NCBI RefSeq assembly: GCF_004010195.1
Contig: NC_057751.1
Location: 6,188,598-6,252,597, forward strand
DNA from: Chiloscyllium plagiosum
Taxonomy: Eukaryota
DNA length: 64,000 nucleotides
Direction of reading: 5' to 3'
How positions within the stretch are numbered: position 1 is the first letter of the stretch; every line of letters begins with the position of its first letter. Shown piece by piece: positions 52,563 through 64,000 of this stretch. The notes beneath the pieces were generated by a model. It saw nothing but the letters and a program-made list of their open reading frames with translations. It did not search any database and was not told where the DNA came from. The position numbers and the translations under genes were made by a program.

Positions 52563-52997
52563 TGTTGTGGAAATTAAATCGACTTGACTCAATCATTAGC
52601 AAGAGCAAAGAAAGGATATTTATTTTAAATCCTGCAGGATTGACTCATTATACTAAGCCAGATACCTCAATGCAAAGAGCCCTGAACATTGTACAGATGC
52701 TTGCTTTATAGCGTTCCTTATCACACTCTCAAGGGGAAAGACTGGGGGAAACTCAAGTTGTTATCCTCTCATCCCCTGGTTCTAGACATAACAGGGTTCT
52801 TCAGCTTTCGCTGAGTTCGACTATCGCAAGGTCGAGTTGAATGTTTACAGAATTCAGAGATAAGCTAACTGCAGACCTTCATCAAAGCATTATTTACAAA
52901 GCTCAGTACAGCATTGAATTTAAGAAAAGCATTCTCTTTTAAATTTCACAGTAAATGGATAATTAATTTCACAGTAAATGGATAATTTTCCATTACA
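52563..52997 (-). mobile_element. Solo LTR, ERV-like, unique in this window
   Basis: TG...CA ends with imperfect terminal inverted repeats; TSD TGGT; reverse-strand TATAAA near 52708 then AATAAA near 52621. Confidence 0.8.
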
Positions 52998-53479
52998 TGG
53001 TCAACCCACAACAAGCTGACCACCACCACCTTAAGGGCAACAAGGGATAGGCAATAAATGCTGGCCAGCCAGAGATGCCCACACCTCACAAATGAATAAT
53101 TTTTTTAAAACTTGAGTATTCTTCTTACAATCCAACTACTAAACTTGGTGACAATTCTGCAGCCTGAACTCGACTTGGCTCAAAGCATCTCTGACTGTGC
53201 TTCAGTTCCATTCTGCAACTTGAGCATCAATTGTCCTGATGCTGTTTGCAGCCAAACCGGATTTGAACAGATATCAGAATGGCCATTCATTTCTCAATCA
53301 GCCAATGTGACATAAACAGACTAACTGCAGGTCTTGCAGCATTGGTTAACATTTCGGGTTCCGTGACCCTTCCTCAGAACAGCATTTGTTCCCGCTTCAA
53401 CTCGGTTCTATTAAACATTCCTTCCTAAGAACACTATGTGAACGTTTCCCAAATTTCTGCAACATTTACACTTCATCTA

Positions 53480-54428
53480 TGTGATGATGCTGCCCCTTTA
53501 AGGTTATGTTGTCCTTGGTTTTTTTCAAGAGGGTTTGTCAAGCAATTGGTGTTGAAATGGCTGTCAGACACTGCCGAAATCAACAATCAAAGGAGGCCTT
53601 TAGGTGTATTTTTGTAACACAGTTATACAATCAAAGGGGAGTGGCCAGTTCCCCCAGTTCAGTTTTTTTCTAGTTTGGTTTACTTTTAGCAGGGAGTTAG
53701 AAGCTACTTGTAGCAGAGAAGCAGCTACAGTAAAAAGAGGCTCCATGATTCAACAGAGGTCTTGCTTGAACTTTCTTTCTGAAATATCTCCTGCCTGTAA
53801 GAAACTGGACACCCGGACCAACCAACCCAAGCACCCCGTGGCTCAACACTTCAACTCCCCCTCCCACTCCACCAAGGACATGCAGGTCCTTGGACTCCTC
53901 CATCGCCAGACCAGAGCAACACGACGGTTGGAGGAAGAGCGCCTCATCTTCCGCCTAGGAACCCTCCAACCACAAGGGATGAACTCGGATTTCTCCAGTT
54001 TCCTCATTTCCCCTCCCCTTCCTTGGATGCTGCCTGACCTGCTGTGCTTTTCCAGCAACACATTTTCAGCTCTGATCTCCAGCATCTGCAGTCCTCACTT
54101 TCTCCTCCGTGTAAAAAACTGTGTTTGAATTTACCATTTGACAAGGGGTGTGTTTATGGGATGTTACAGGGATTGGAACCATGTTGTTAACTTGCGATTT
54201 CAAGTTGGTTGGGTTTTCAAATATTTAAGTTATTCTAAATTCTGTTTTCTTTGTTTGTGTTTCAACCGTAGTGTGTGAATAAATTCTGTTTGGCTTGAAA
54301 CTGAGTGGTTTGATCAGCTGCATCACACCTGGCATATCCACCTTACATCTGCCTTCAAAAGAATAAAAGTTAGGGTCCGAATTACTTTTTTAAAATATGT
54401 TGAGGGGGGTCTGGCCTGGTCCATAACA
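53480..54428 (+). mobile_element. Solo LTR (Gmr1-like family) containing a PLE insert
   Basis: TG...CA; (A)TCTA duplicated at 53475-53479 and 54429-54433. Confidence 0.88.
53808..54106 (+). mobile_element. PLE fragment (GIY-YIG C-terminus plus terminus)
   Basis: PVAQHFNSPSH...RRLEEERLIFRLGTLQPQGMN; about 20-bp imperfect flanking duplication. Confidence 0.88.
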
Positions 54429-56269
54429 ATCTAGCTCTATCCATCTGAGAAAGGATATTACCCATAATGATCCACATGTTTGATTTAGACCTTTGTAATC
54501 TCCTTCCTTTCTGGTGTCGGGCTAGTTCTCTTACAAGAAGGTGGATCTCACAGGTCGAGCAGATCTTCTCCTGAGTCTTCTTGGGCTGCTACATGGTCTT
54601 CCACACAAGTCTTGCAAAGGGGATGTCTTCCAGGTATGAGCTTTTTATCTCCCTTGCCTTGGTCTTCCCAAATGTTCTGTTGTCTTTAGACACTGGTGCC
54701 ATGACTTGGGTTCAAAGCATCCAATGCGATCGCACCAACACACTTCATTGTTGCCATGCTGGGGAGGTGTAAAATGCACAGACTTAGGCACTAGGTGAAA
54801 GTCAAGCTGCGTGAATGTCTGATCGGAACTTTGCCAGCTGATTATAACTGGTTACCCCTGACCTATCTGACCTTGGTTTTCACTGTTCTCTTTAGCCGAT
54901 AGCTGAAGGCTTCTGTTTAATTTAGTTTGCCTAACTTCCTGTCCAGCCCAATTTTTCCAGCTGTCAGTCAGTTTAAGAATGTCCAATTCTGGGCCCTTGT
55001 TGGCTGTAACTACAAACAAAATAGTTCCCATGTGAGTTGACATGCCATCAGTTGCTGTATCTGAAAGTAACTTATTTCAAATGAAATATGCGCAGATGGC
55101 TAAGGACTGGAATGAATTCATCTTTTTCAAACAATAGTGGGGTTAAGTTCACTTAAAGTTTTTCTTTTCTTTGGTTTGGTACAGACATTAATCTACTTGG
55201 ATGAATCAATTTCATATGAACATATTCATCTGTTTGCTATTAATGTCAAACTGTGTAATTTCAACTCCATTGTATTTTGGAAAGAAGTTTAACATATTGA
55301 GCTGCAGAATTAATGTCCAACATTCAGAATGCAAGAACTCAAAAATATACACGACAAGGCTTTAGATCTTTGCCTTATTTCTTTGGGCCAATTTAAATTG
55401 CATTTGAGAAATATAGCTTAACAGCATGCTGCAATCATGTTAAAAAGAATTAATCTTGCATAAAGGACCAATTTATACCCTTGGATTTCCTCCATGAATA
55501 TGAGATGCTATAAACCTATTTTATTTAAAAGAAACAGCTTAGAAAATATTGTGATTGAAGAAAATTAATGAATGGGATGTCAAATTATTCCCAGTGTCCA
55601 TCTCTTGCTCATTAGAAATCGCGCACTCCTGTAATGTTTCATTTTTCTCAATTTGCTTTCACACTGTTTAATCTGAAAAACTCACGATCAATCTGTGTGT
55701 TATGAATATAAATAATTTTGTGAGTTTGTGGTGGACCATAGCCTAAATAATTACGATCACATGAGGGAAGACATTTTTACATTGTTCTTTGATAAGGATG
55801 AAGTACTCAGCTGACTTAAGGAGGCACAATCTTTATTTACATGTGGACCAGAAATTGTCTGGTGTGAAAGTCAGATATTTCTTTCCCACCCACCCAAAAT
55901 CTGATTTCATTTTTATCTCCCTTGCCCTGTTCTTCCCAAATGTTCTGCTGTCTTTGGACAATGACACCATGACTTGTTCTGAAACATTTTGGTTTTTTGT
56001 GCAATTCTCTGTCAGATTCTTTTCTATGCACCCAGAATTACGAGGGGCATGTGTGGCTAGAGAGTTGTTTGCATTGATGGAAAGTGAAAAAACCAGAAGA
56101 CACTTGTTTCAAGTGATCGGCAAAAAAAATCACTGATAACATGGTTAAGACTTAGAATGCACTGCGTAAGAGTACAGTCAGGACAGAGTCAATTTTGTGG
56201 CTTTCATGAGGGAATTGTGGATGTCAAGATCAAAATTTCTAATTCCAGGTTGGGTTTAGGATTATTGAA

Positions 56270-59175
56270 CTCAAAGTCAGGGAGTGGTAAGTCTAAGTAG
56301 CTTTTGTTTGGGGTGTTGCATTCAGTCCAGAATACCATCCAGAAATAGAGGTTGCATTTGACCTGTGGCATCAAACTCTAAAGACTGTCTAGACGATTTG
56401 GATAAAGGAATTCCATTTGTACGTATTACAATCAGGGATGCACCAAATGAATCTATCAAATTTAGTCCATTTGAATCAGCCTTTGGGCATGAGGTGAAAG
56501 GACCACTGAGACTGCTGAAGGAGAAATTGGTGAGTCACAGTTCAGAATCACATTTTCAGACTATGTATCAAATTTTTGAGAAAGATTAAATCGGGTGAGT
56601 TGGCTAGACAGCATTTAAAAGGAGCACAACGTGATGAAATGGGAAGCAGGTGAGAAATCAAAAATTTGCAATTTTGCAAGTGGAGATAAAGAGTTAATGT
56701 TACTTCCAGTGCAGAAAAACCTTCAGTAAGGCCACTGAGTGGGCCTTATCAAATTGAAAGGAAATTGAGTGAGGTGAATTGTTTGATCAGAACACAGGAT
56801 AGAGAGAAATCTCACAGATTCTGTTACATGAATATGCTCAAAAGATATATTGGCAATGAAGGAAATCAAAAGAATAATGTGTTACTTGTTACAACATAGA
56901 GTAAAGAACCAAGATCAAATTATTCTAAATTGGACAATGAAGAAGTTGTCAAAAATTGGGATAATTTATTGAGTTACCTTCCAGCGAACAATTGAAATGA
57001 CCTGAAAGAGTTATTACAATCGCATAGGGAGATAAGTGGGAATAAGTTGGGAAGTGGAATTGTGCATGATGTAGTTGTCGGAAATGCTGCTCTAATTAAG
57101 CAACATCCTTATCAACTTAACCCTCTTAAGTTGGCGCACGTTCAAAACAGACAATATAATTGAAGTGAATTGCAGTGAATGGAGCTTACCAATAGTAATG
57201 TTGGCAAAATCAGATGGTATCCAGTGATTATGTGTGGGCTATCGCCAAGTCAATGCAGTTACAAAGTCTGATTCATAGCCCATTTGGAAGACTGTATTGA
57301 TAAACAACTTAAATTCAAAGTTAGACTTACTCAGAAGTTTCTGTCAGGTAATTTTATCTGAAAACGTGAGAATTGCTCGATTGACTTCAGGAAGTGGGGG
57401 TTGGTGATAAACCTGGCTAAAAGTGAATTTGCAAAAGCCTGAGTCACATTCCTGGGCCATGTTATTAAACATTGTTTTCACATCCTGTGGGTCCATCTGT
57501 CAAACCATTGATGAAGAGGGCAGTTCTACAATTCCTGAGATTGAATGGTTTTTATCGGCAGTTCATACCGAATACGAGCTATGTTGTCACTCCACTGACT
57601 GACTTACTGAAGAAGTGCAGAAACTTTTAGTGGAAGAAGGAGTCAGAAGACATTTGACAGCCTGAAGGCTGTGTTAGATACAGTTCCAGTGTTAGCCATA
57701 CCTAATGACGCAAAGCCATTCAATGACGAGAGTGTTATGGTTGGCAGTTCTGCATTTTTACAAGAAAAAGTTGAAAAGAAAGAAAGACCAATTGGGTATT
57801 TTTCCAGAAATTTGAATGGTCATCAATGGATATACATTATTCCATGGCTGAGAAGGAAACATTGAGCTTGGTGTTGGTGTTACAACATTTCAACATTTGC
57901 CAGTAATTTGTCTGAGACACTTGTATACACTGATCATAATCCCTTAAGGTTTTTGGGGAATTTAAAGGACAAAAATTCCAGACTCTTTAGATGTCACTTA
58001 ATATTGCAGACATTCAATTTGAAAAATTACATACATGTCAGGATGGGAAAACATATTTGCTGATGCATTGTCGCGACTTTGCTGAAGAAAGATGGACATG
58101 TTCACTGGGTGGGAATAAATAGACAGAAATAGACAGGACTACTAAATGTTTGCATGCTTAGAATCAATGTAATGCATAAGTATTGCAGTATGCTAATCAC
58201 ATATGTTATGGACAAGGCCAGACCTCCTCAAATCATTTCAACAGGATAGCCCAGACCCTAACTTTCCTAGTTGTTTTAAGCAGATGCAAAGTGGATATTC
58301 CAGGAGAGATATAACTGGCCCAAGCAGAATTTATTTACACATGAGAAAAGGAAACAGAATATAGAATACTTGCACTATCCCCCTAAACACTCCCTTGGCA
58401 AGAAAGTTAAAATCAAACGCAGATTCTCGCAGGAGAGAAATCAGAGGGAGAGAGGATCAGCATGGAGCTGTTTCTTTGACCAGCAGCCTTAAAAGAAACT
58501 GTTGCTAAAACCAAATTCAACCAAACCAGAGGAAAGCTGAGCTGGGAGAATTGGCCACTCCCCTTTAATTGTACAAGTTTTTTTTAAAACTTGAAAGCCT
58601 TTTGTCTGAGGCAGAATAGGTCAGCAATAATCAAATTGGCCCTAAGCCCATCAAACCAGACACATCGGAATCTATGCATTTACGACCCCTCTAAAAAAAA
58701 CATACCAAGGACAACATAACCTTGTTAAAGGAGTAGCATCATCACACGTAAGACTAAGAGTTTTTACAAATGAAGTCATCCTTGTATATTGATGGTTCCA
58801 TTTTTAAGGAGGCAGATGTGGCAATGCTGTGGCTTTAATAAGTGTAATTTGTCCTGGTTTCTTTTAAAAGAGAGATTGAATGAGAAGCATGGTACAGTCT
58901 GTGGTAATATAAACAGCTTGTGAGGCCTTGGGGGTTTTCAAAAAAGTTGGAACAATAGAAGATTCCTGGATGAGTGTGGCCAGCTCTCACAGACCAGGAC
59001 ATCTAGGTGTTTTTTTTCAGCTCTTAGATTTGGTTGTATTTTAACTCTAGTGTTTGAATAAATTCTATTTTGATTAATGTCGAGTAGTTAGACCGGTTGA
59101 ATTGCAGTAAGAAAAAGTTAGGGTCTCGGCTACCTTCTTAAAATATGTTGAGGGGGTCTGAGCTGGTCCACAACT
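56270..59175 (+). mobile_element. Decayed Gypsy-superfamily LTR retrotransposon, Gmr1-like (INT-RT-RNaseH order), with 3' LTR 58817-59175
   Basis: Integrase YHPE...WHQTLK, FSPFE..FG, GPY; then RT IKQHPY, SEWSLPIV, NAVTK, TFLGH; then RNaseH PIGYFSR, VYTDHNPL, ADALSR; purine tract before TG at 58817. Confidence 0.88.
58204..58746 (-). mobile_element. Solo LTR of the same family, inserted antisense in the 3' UTR
   Basis: TG...CA; TSD CATA / CGTA (one CpG-type change). Confidence 0.85.
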
Positions 59176-61247
59176 GACTCTATTCCATAAAAGAGAGATC
59201 TTTTCTTTAATAGGAATGTGATTGGTGGTCAAGGATTTATTTAAGCTGAAGACCTGACTGTTGAAATCATAAATTATTGCATTGCATGAAGTAAAGATTG
59301 AGAAGCTGACTAAGTCATTTTGCTTCATTTGGAGGCTGTTAATTGCAGAGCAGATTTAAGGCTTAGTCAGTTGGCAGTCATGTTTTATTCAACTTGTCAA
59401 GTGGTCTCTGCTACATTGCAGTACAAAATGTTACAGCAAATCTCTGCTTTTACTCCTGACCTGCCTGTGAAATGCCTTGGCAAAAGGCACCTCGCTGCGT
59501 TTCAGGTTCACAGTGTATGGAAGATTACAATATATTTGATTCTTCAAATGGGAAGCCATTCTTGTGCAAGAGAATGTTTGCAGAAATATTGGTGTGTGAT
59601 CTGTGATCCCTTCATGGGAAGCAATGATTTCACCTTGTAATCCCAATGAAATGTCAGACTGAATTGCGATGGAATTTGATTGAATTTAAAAATTGGGAAT
59701 TATCAACAAACAACTCTGAAGCGATAATGATAAAACTAGAGTTTGTTTAGTTAAATAAGATTGACTGTATTCAGTTATTTTAAAGGAGGAGTGAGGATCC
59801 TTCATTTTCATTTCAAGTTTGACTGTGCTGCTTTGACTCTGAAGTGTTTTAGGATATATTGAAGTCATGAAATACATTTAAAATGGAAGATTAGATTGTT
59901 CATCTCATTTCATTTTTGTTTGTGTGATGAATGTTGTTTGTTCTATTGTATGTAATGCTATGTAACTGTTGAATCCCAAGCATTTTGTGCATCAGGAGTA
60001 AATAACACCCTGTAGGAAATAATTAACCATCTTTTTCTGAAATAGTTTTAAATATATATCCTAATTACAGTAGCTATCTTATTATGCTGTTACTTACGAT
60101 ACACATGGCACAGAACAATTGCAGAAATTCCCTTGTCATGGGTCCCTGCTGTTTTCATAATCACACCTCTGCCTGTCTCCTCTAATCATACAGATTGTCT
60201 CCTTTTACAAGATTTTGTCTCATTTGTTTTGGGAAAAATATATATTGGCTTGGATTTAGTGGTTGGTGAAACAGATGAGGCTATCAGTGCATGTTGTTGT
60301 GGAACAATAAACTGGACAATACCTTCTGATGTCTACACATGCAGTGAACACCAAAGGTTGTCCTGCTTGCCCTCATCCTCCACAAGCATTTCAAACCAGC
60401 ACCTCATTCATAGTTTTGATATTGAAATTCATGTAAAGGCAATAACGTTGCAAGACTGCCTCCTGAACCACCAGAAAATCTGTGGGCTTGTCCACTGAAG
60501 TATAAGTGAATTTAAATGGTGTGTAAAGTCTTAGTTATAAGCAGGCAATCTCCCGGCCTCTTAACCTTTTCCCAAACGTGGAATTTCATTCCAATGGATT
60601 TTAATTACTGTTTAATATTTTAAACATGTATAAATATTTTTCTTCCTGTGTCTTTAACCTCTCTCTATTCATCTGATTGTGCTTTCTGCTTGTACTTTGT
60701 CACTGAATTAGATATTCTATTCTATGTCTTCTGATTGTAACCCTTTTCCTCATATGAATTCTTCATTGTGTATGATTGAAGAAATAAACTGAAACTTGCT
60801 TGTGTGCAGAGGTCCTGAATCACTTGTAGAAGGCATGCTGTTGTAGTGCCCTCTTGATGACGGCAAGGTGCCATTCTACAGTCCATAAGACATTTATTGG
60901 CAGCTGTAATAGTAATGAATAGTGAGCAGTGTTCACTCACGACTGACTGCAAAATCTAACCTCCTTTGCATTTTCTCAAAATATGGTCAATGTCACTTTC
61001 CTATTAATTACTTCAACATTAATACTGCCAGTAAATATTACATCGAATTAGTGTGGTACTGAGCAGCACTGACCCAGAAGTTTGCAGATTCTCAAAGATG
61101 GACAGATTCTTGACCAGCAGAGGAATTAAGTGTTTCAGGAAAGTGGACATGAGAAATATTGGATCAGCCATGAAGCTATTGAATAGCGGAGTAGGCTTGA
61201 GGGAATAAATGACCAACTCCTGTTTATTGTATTGTCTGTGATTTTAA

Positions 61248-61556
61248 GATTAGATTAGATTACTTACAGTGTGGAAACAGGTCCTTTGGCCCAACAAGTC
61301 CACTCAGACCCTCCGAAGAGTAACCCACCCAGACCCATTACCCTCTGACTAATGCACCTAACACAATGGGCAATTTAACATGGCCAATTCACTTGACCTG
61401 CACATCTTTGGACTGTGGGAAGCACCCAGCGGAAACCCACACAGACACAGGGAGAATGTGCAAACTCCACCTAGACAGTCACCCAAGGCTGGAATTGAAC
61501 CTGGGACCCTGGCACTATGAGGCAGCAGTGCTAACCACTGAACCACCGTGCCACCC
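61248..61556 (-). mobile_element. HE1-like SINE
   Basis: (ATTAG)n tail; A/B boxes on the reverse strand. Confidence 0.9.
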
Positions 61557-61726
61557 TAAATTCTATCAATAGTCTGTGCAGAGTCAGCAAAATCACAACT
61601 GGGATCAAGCATATGGCATTGCCATAATTGACTTCAATATTTTGCGTATACAGATGCAAACACAGATAGTGTTCATGCATTTACAAATGAATTTAAATGG
61701 TGTTGTAGGTCTTAATTATAAGCAGG

Positions 61727-61960
61727 GAGAAAGAGAGGACTGCAGATGCTGGAGATCAGAGCTGAAAATGTGTTGCTGGAAAAGCGCAGCAGGTCAGGCA
61801 GCATCCAAGGAGCAGGAGAATCAACGTTTCGGGCATGAGCCCTTCTTCAGGAAATGAAAGGTATGATTTCCTGAAGAAGGGTTCATGCCCGAAACGTCGA
61901 TTCTCCTGCTCCTTGGATGCTGCCTGACCTGCTGCGCTTTTCCAGCAACACATTTTCAGC
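61727..61960. mobile_element. Palindromic short PLE insert with two back-to-back hammerhead cores
   Basis: 98-bp arms 61758-61855 / 61866-61963 with 2 mismatches; 17-bp TSD TCTTAATTATAAGCAGG at 61710-61726 and 61961-61977. Confidence 0.92.
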
Positions 61961-62770
61961 TCTTAATTATAAGCAGGCAACTTCCCTGGCTCTTAACCTT
62001 TACTCAAGTGTGGCATTTCATTCCGGTGGAATTTAACGACTATTAAATATTTTAAAGCATGTAATTCCTTACATTTTTCTTGCTGTGCCTTTTACCTCCC
62101 TCTGTCCTGGGATTGCTACATTGTTCCAGTGAAGCTGAAGGTCAGCAATTGCATCTTTTGTTCAGACTATTTTTAACCGATCAGAATCTACAAGTTCAAC
62201 AATTTCAGATCATGACCTCGACTATATTTTTAAAGAACAGATCCTGGCAATGTTTCAATTGCTTGCATCCGACCATTATCTTGTTAGTATGGAAACAAAA
62301 ATACTGCGGATGCTGGAAATCTGAAACAAACACAGAATGCTGAACTGCGCATCTGATGCTCTGGGAATACCACAACATCCACGGAGAGACAAGCAGTTTC
62401 GAATCCAGTATGACATATCTTCAGAACTGTCATTATATTTTCACATTGGTATTTGTGGAACCTATATGTGTACCAAATGGAACTACTTTTTCTTTCTTTC
62501 ATAGAAACATAGGAACAAGAGTAGGCCATTCAGCCTGTTTTGCCATTTATTGAGATCATGGCTCTCTGTCTCCGAATTCCATATGGCCGCTTTTTGGTGC
62601 ATATCCCTTTCATTTTAAGTGAAAGTGTTCTGTCTCAGATTTGAAGAAAGCCTCATGCTGTTCCCACAATCCTATCTTTCATTCTTATACCATCAGCTGT
62701 TTTGCTTTTCTATCACTGCCGCCTTCCAATGTGTCACAGCACTTTTCTTTATTTCCTTCAGAGTGCACAC

Positions 62771-63672
62771 TGATATGGACCAGGCCAGACCCCCTCAAAA
62801 TATTTTAATAAGGTAGCTTGGACCCTAACGTTTTCTTATTTTAAAGGCAGTTGAAACTTTATTGCTGGAACAGCACAGCAGGTCAGGCAGCATCCAGGGA
62901 ACAGGAGATTCGACGTTTCGGGCACAGGCCCTTCTTCAGGAATGAGCAGAGAGTGTTCAGCAGGAGAAGATAAAAGGTAGGGAGGAGGGACTTGGAGGAG
63001 GGGCGTTGGAAATGTGATAGGTGGAAAGAGGTCAAGGTGAGGGTGATAGGTCGGAGTAGGATGGAGGCGGAGAGGTCAAGAAGAAGACTGCAGGTCAGGA
63101 AGGCGGTGCCGGGCTGGAGGGATCCGGCTGAGACAAGGTGGGGGGAGGGGGGATGAAGAAACTGGTGAAGTCCAAGTTCAAGGCAGATGAGGAGTGGATA
63201 TTCTTTGCTGCTGGTCAAACCACTCGGCTTTAAGCAAAACAGAAATTATTTAAGCACGACAGTTGAAACATGAGCAAAAGCAAACAGAATTTAGAATAGC
63301 TTAACTATTTGAAAACTCAACTGACTTGATACTGCAACTTAACTAAGGAGCTGTTCCAATTCCCGCACCATTCCATAAACCCTTGGCAAAAAGGTAAATT
63401 CAAACATGGCTTCTTACAGGCAGGAGAGATTTCAGAGAGAAAAGTCAGCCATGGATTATCTGCTGAAGCTTGGAACCTTTTTTCAGCTTCTGACTACCTG
63501 CTCCCAGCAGCTTCTCTCTTCAACTAAAACAAACTAGAAAAAAGCTGAACTGGGAGGACTGGCCACTCCCCAGCCGTTGTTAAAGTAAACAATTCGGCAC
63601 CTCTGCCTTTACGACGTCTCCTGGAAACAACCAAGGACAGTATAACCTTTTTAAAGTGACAGCATTGTCACA
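62771..63672 (-). mobile_element. Solo LTR (Gmr1-like family) containing a PLE insert at about 62855-63179
   Basis: TG...CA; TSD ACAC at 62767-62770 and 63673-63676. Confidence 0.87.
62908..62943 (-). ncRNA. Minimal type I hammerhead ribozyme motif, best-preserved copy
   Basis: Reverse strand: ATTC-CTGAAGA-A-GGGC-CTGT-GCCC-GAAA-CG-TC-GAAT; 4-bp stems I and II both fully paired. Confidence 0.78.
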
Positions 63673-64000
63673 ACACTACTCACTGTCACCTCCTTACTTT
63701 CTCTGACATTGTATGTACTCAATAGCTTGTTACATCTGTAAGATGTTCCCTTTCTGAAAGGAGGTCACTGATCTGAAAACTATAGTGAAATCTTACCACC
63801 TCAGTCCCTGTCAGAATGGTAGGACCATTTGGAACCTGGCCTTGCACAATAACGGTGACAGTCACTCTGTCCCTCCTGCAAACTAATTAATATCCAGCTG
63901 GTGGATGTCCTGACCAATGATGGAAGGAACGTGTGACGTCCATGATTGGAATTCCAAATTAAAGTGACTGCGACATGGATCAGAGAAGCTCATCAATGCT

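Noticed and set aside
58204..58746. This LTR as the 3' LTR of the Gmr1-like element
   Set aside because: It has its own 4-bp TSD and no upstream purine tract; the purine tract precedes the LTR at 58817
60133..60498. 121-aa ORF in unique sequence
   Set aside because: TTG start, no recognisable domain or splice support

Overview
Repeat-dense vertebrate genomic DNA with one 905-nt assembly gap (14368-15272). The repeat set (HE1-type tRNA-derived SINEs with (TAATC)n tails, many CR1 LINEs, Deu-domain SINEs, Penelope-like elements) points to a cartilaginous fish, most likely a shark; this is inference from repeat families, not a database match. No intact host protein-coding gene, rRNA, true tRNA or CRISPR array is supported, and the long ORFs are transposon fragments or gap artefacts. 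Contents: CR1, L2 and L1 LINE fragments; Penelope-like elements (PLEs), including a 2-kb palindromic copy with RT and GIY-YIG motifs; many short, often palindromic PLE-derived inserts carrying minimal hammerhead-ribozyme cores and 11-17 bp target duplications; a decayed Gypsy-superfamily LTR element with the unusual integrase-before-RT (Gmr1-like) order plus five related solo LTRs with 4-bp TSDs; an ERV-like solo LTR; Harbinger transposase and Myb/SANT remnants; and several repeat-free AT-rich blocks resembling conserved non-coding enhancers. The window looks like a large intron or gene desert. The most system-like signal is the set of small hammerhead-bearing palindromic PLE units, including one with an exact 66-bp duplication around a captured CR1 fragment. 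Family names come from recalled motifs; boundaries of old elements are approximate.
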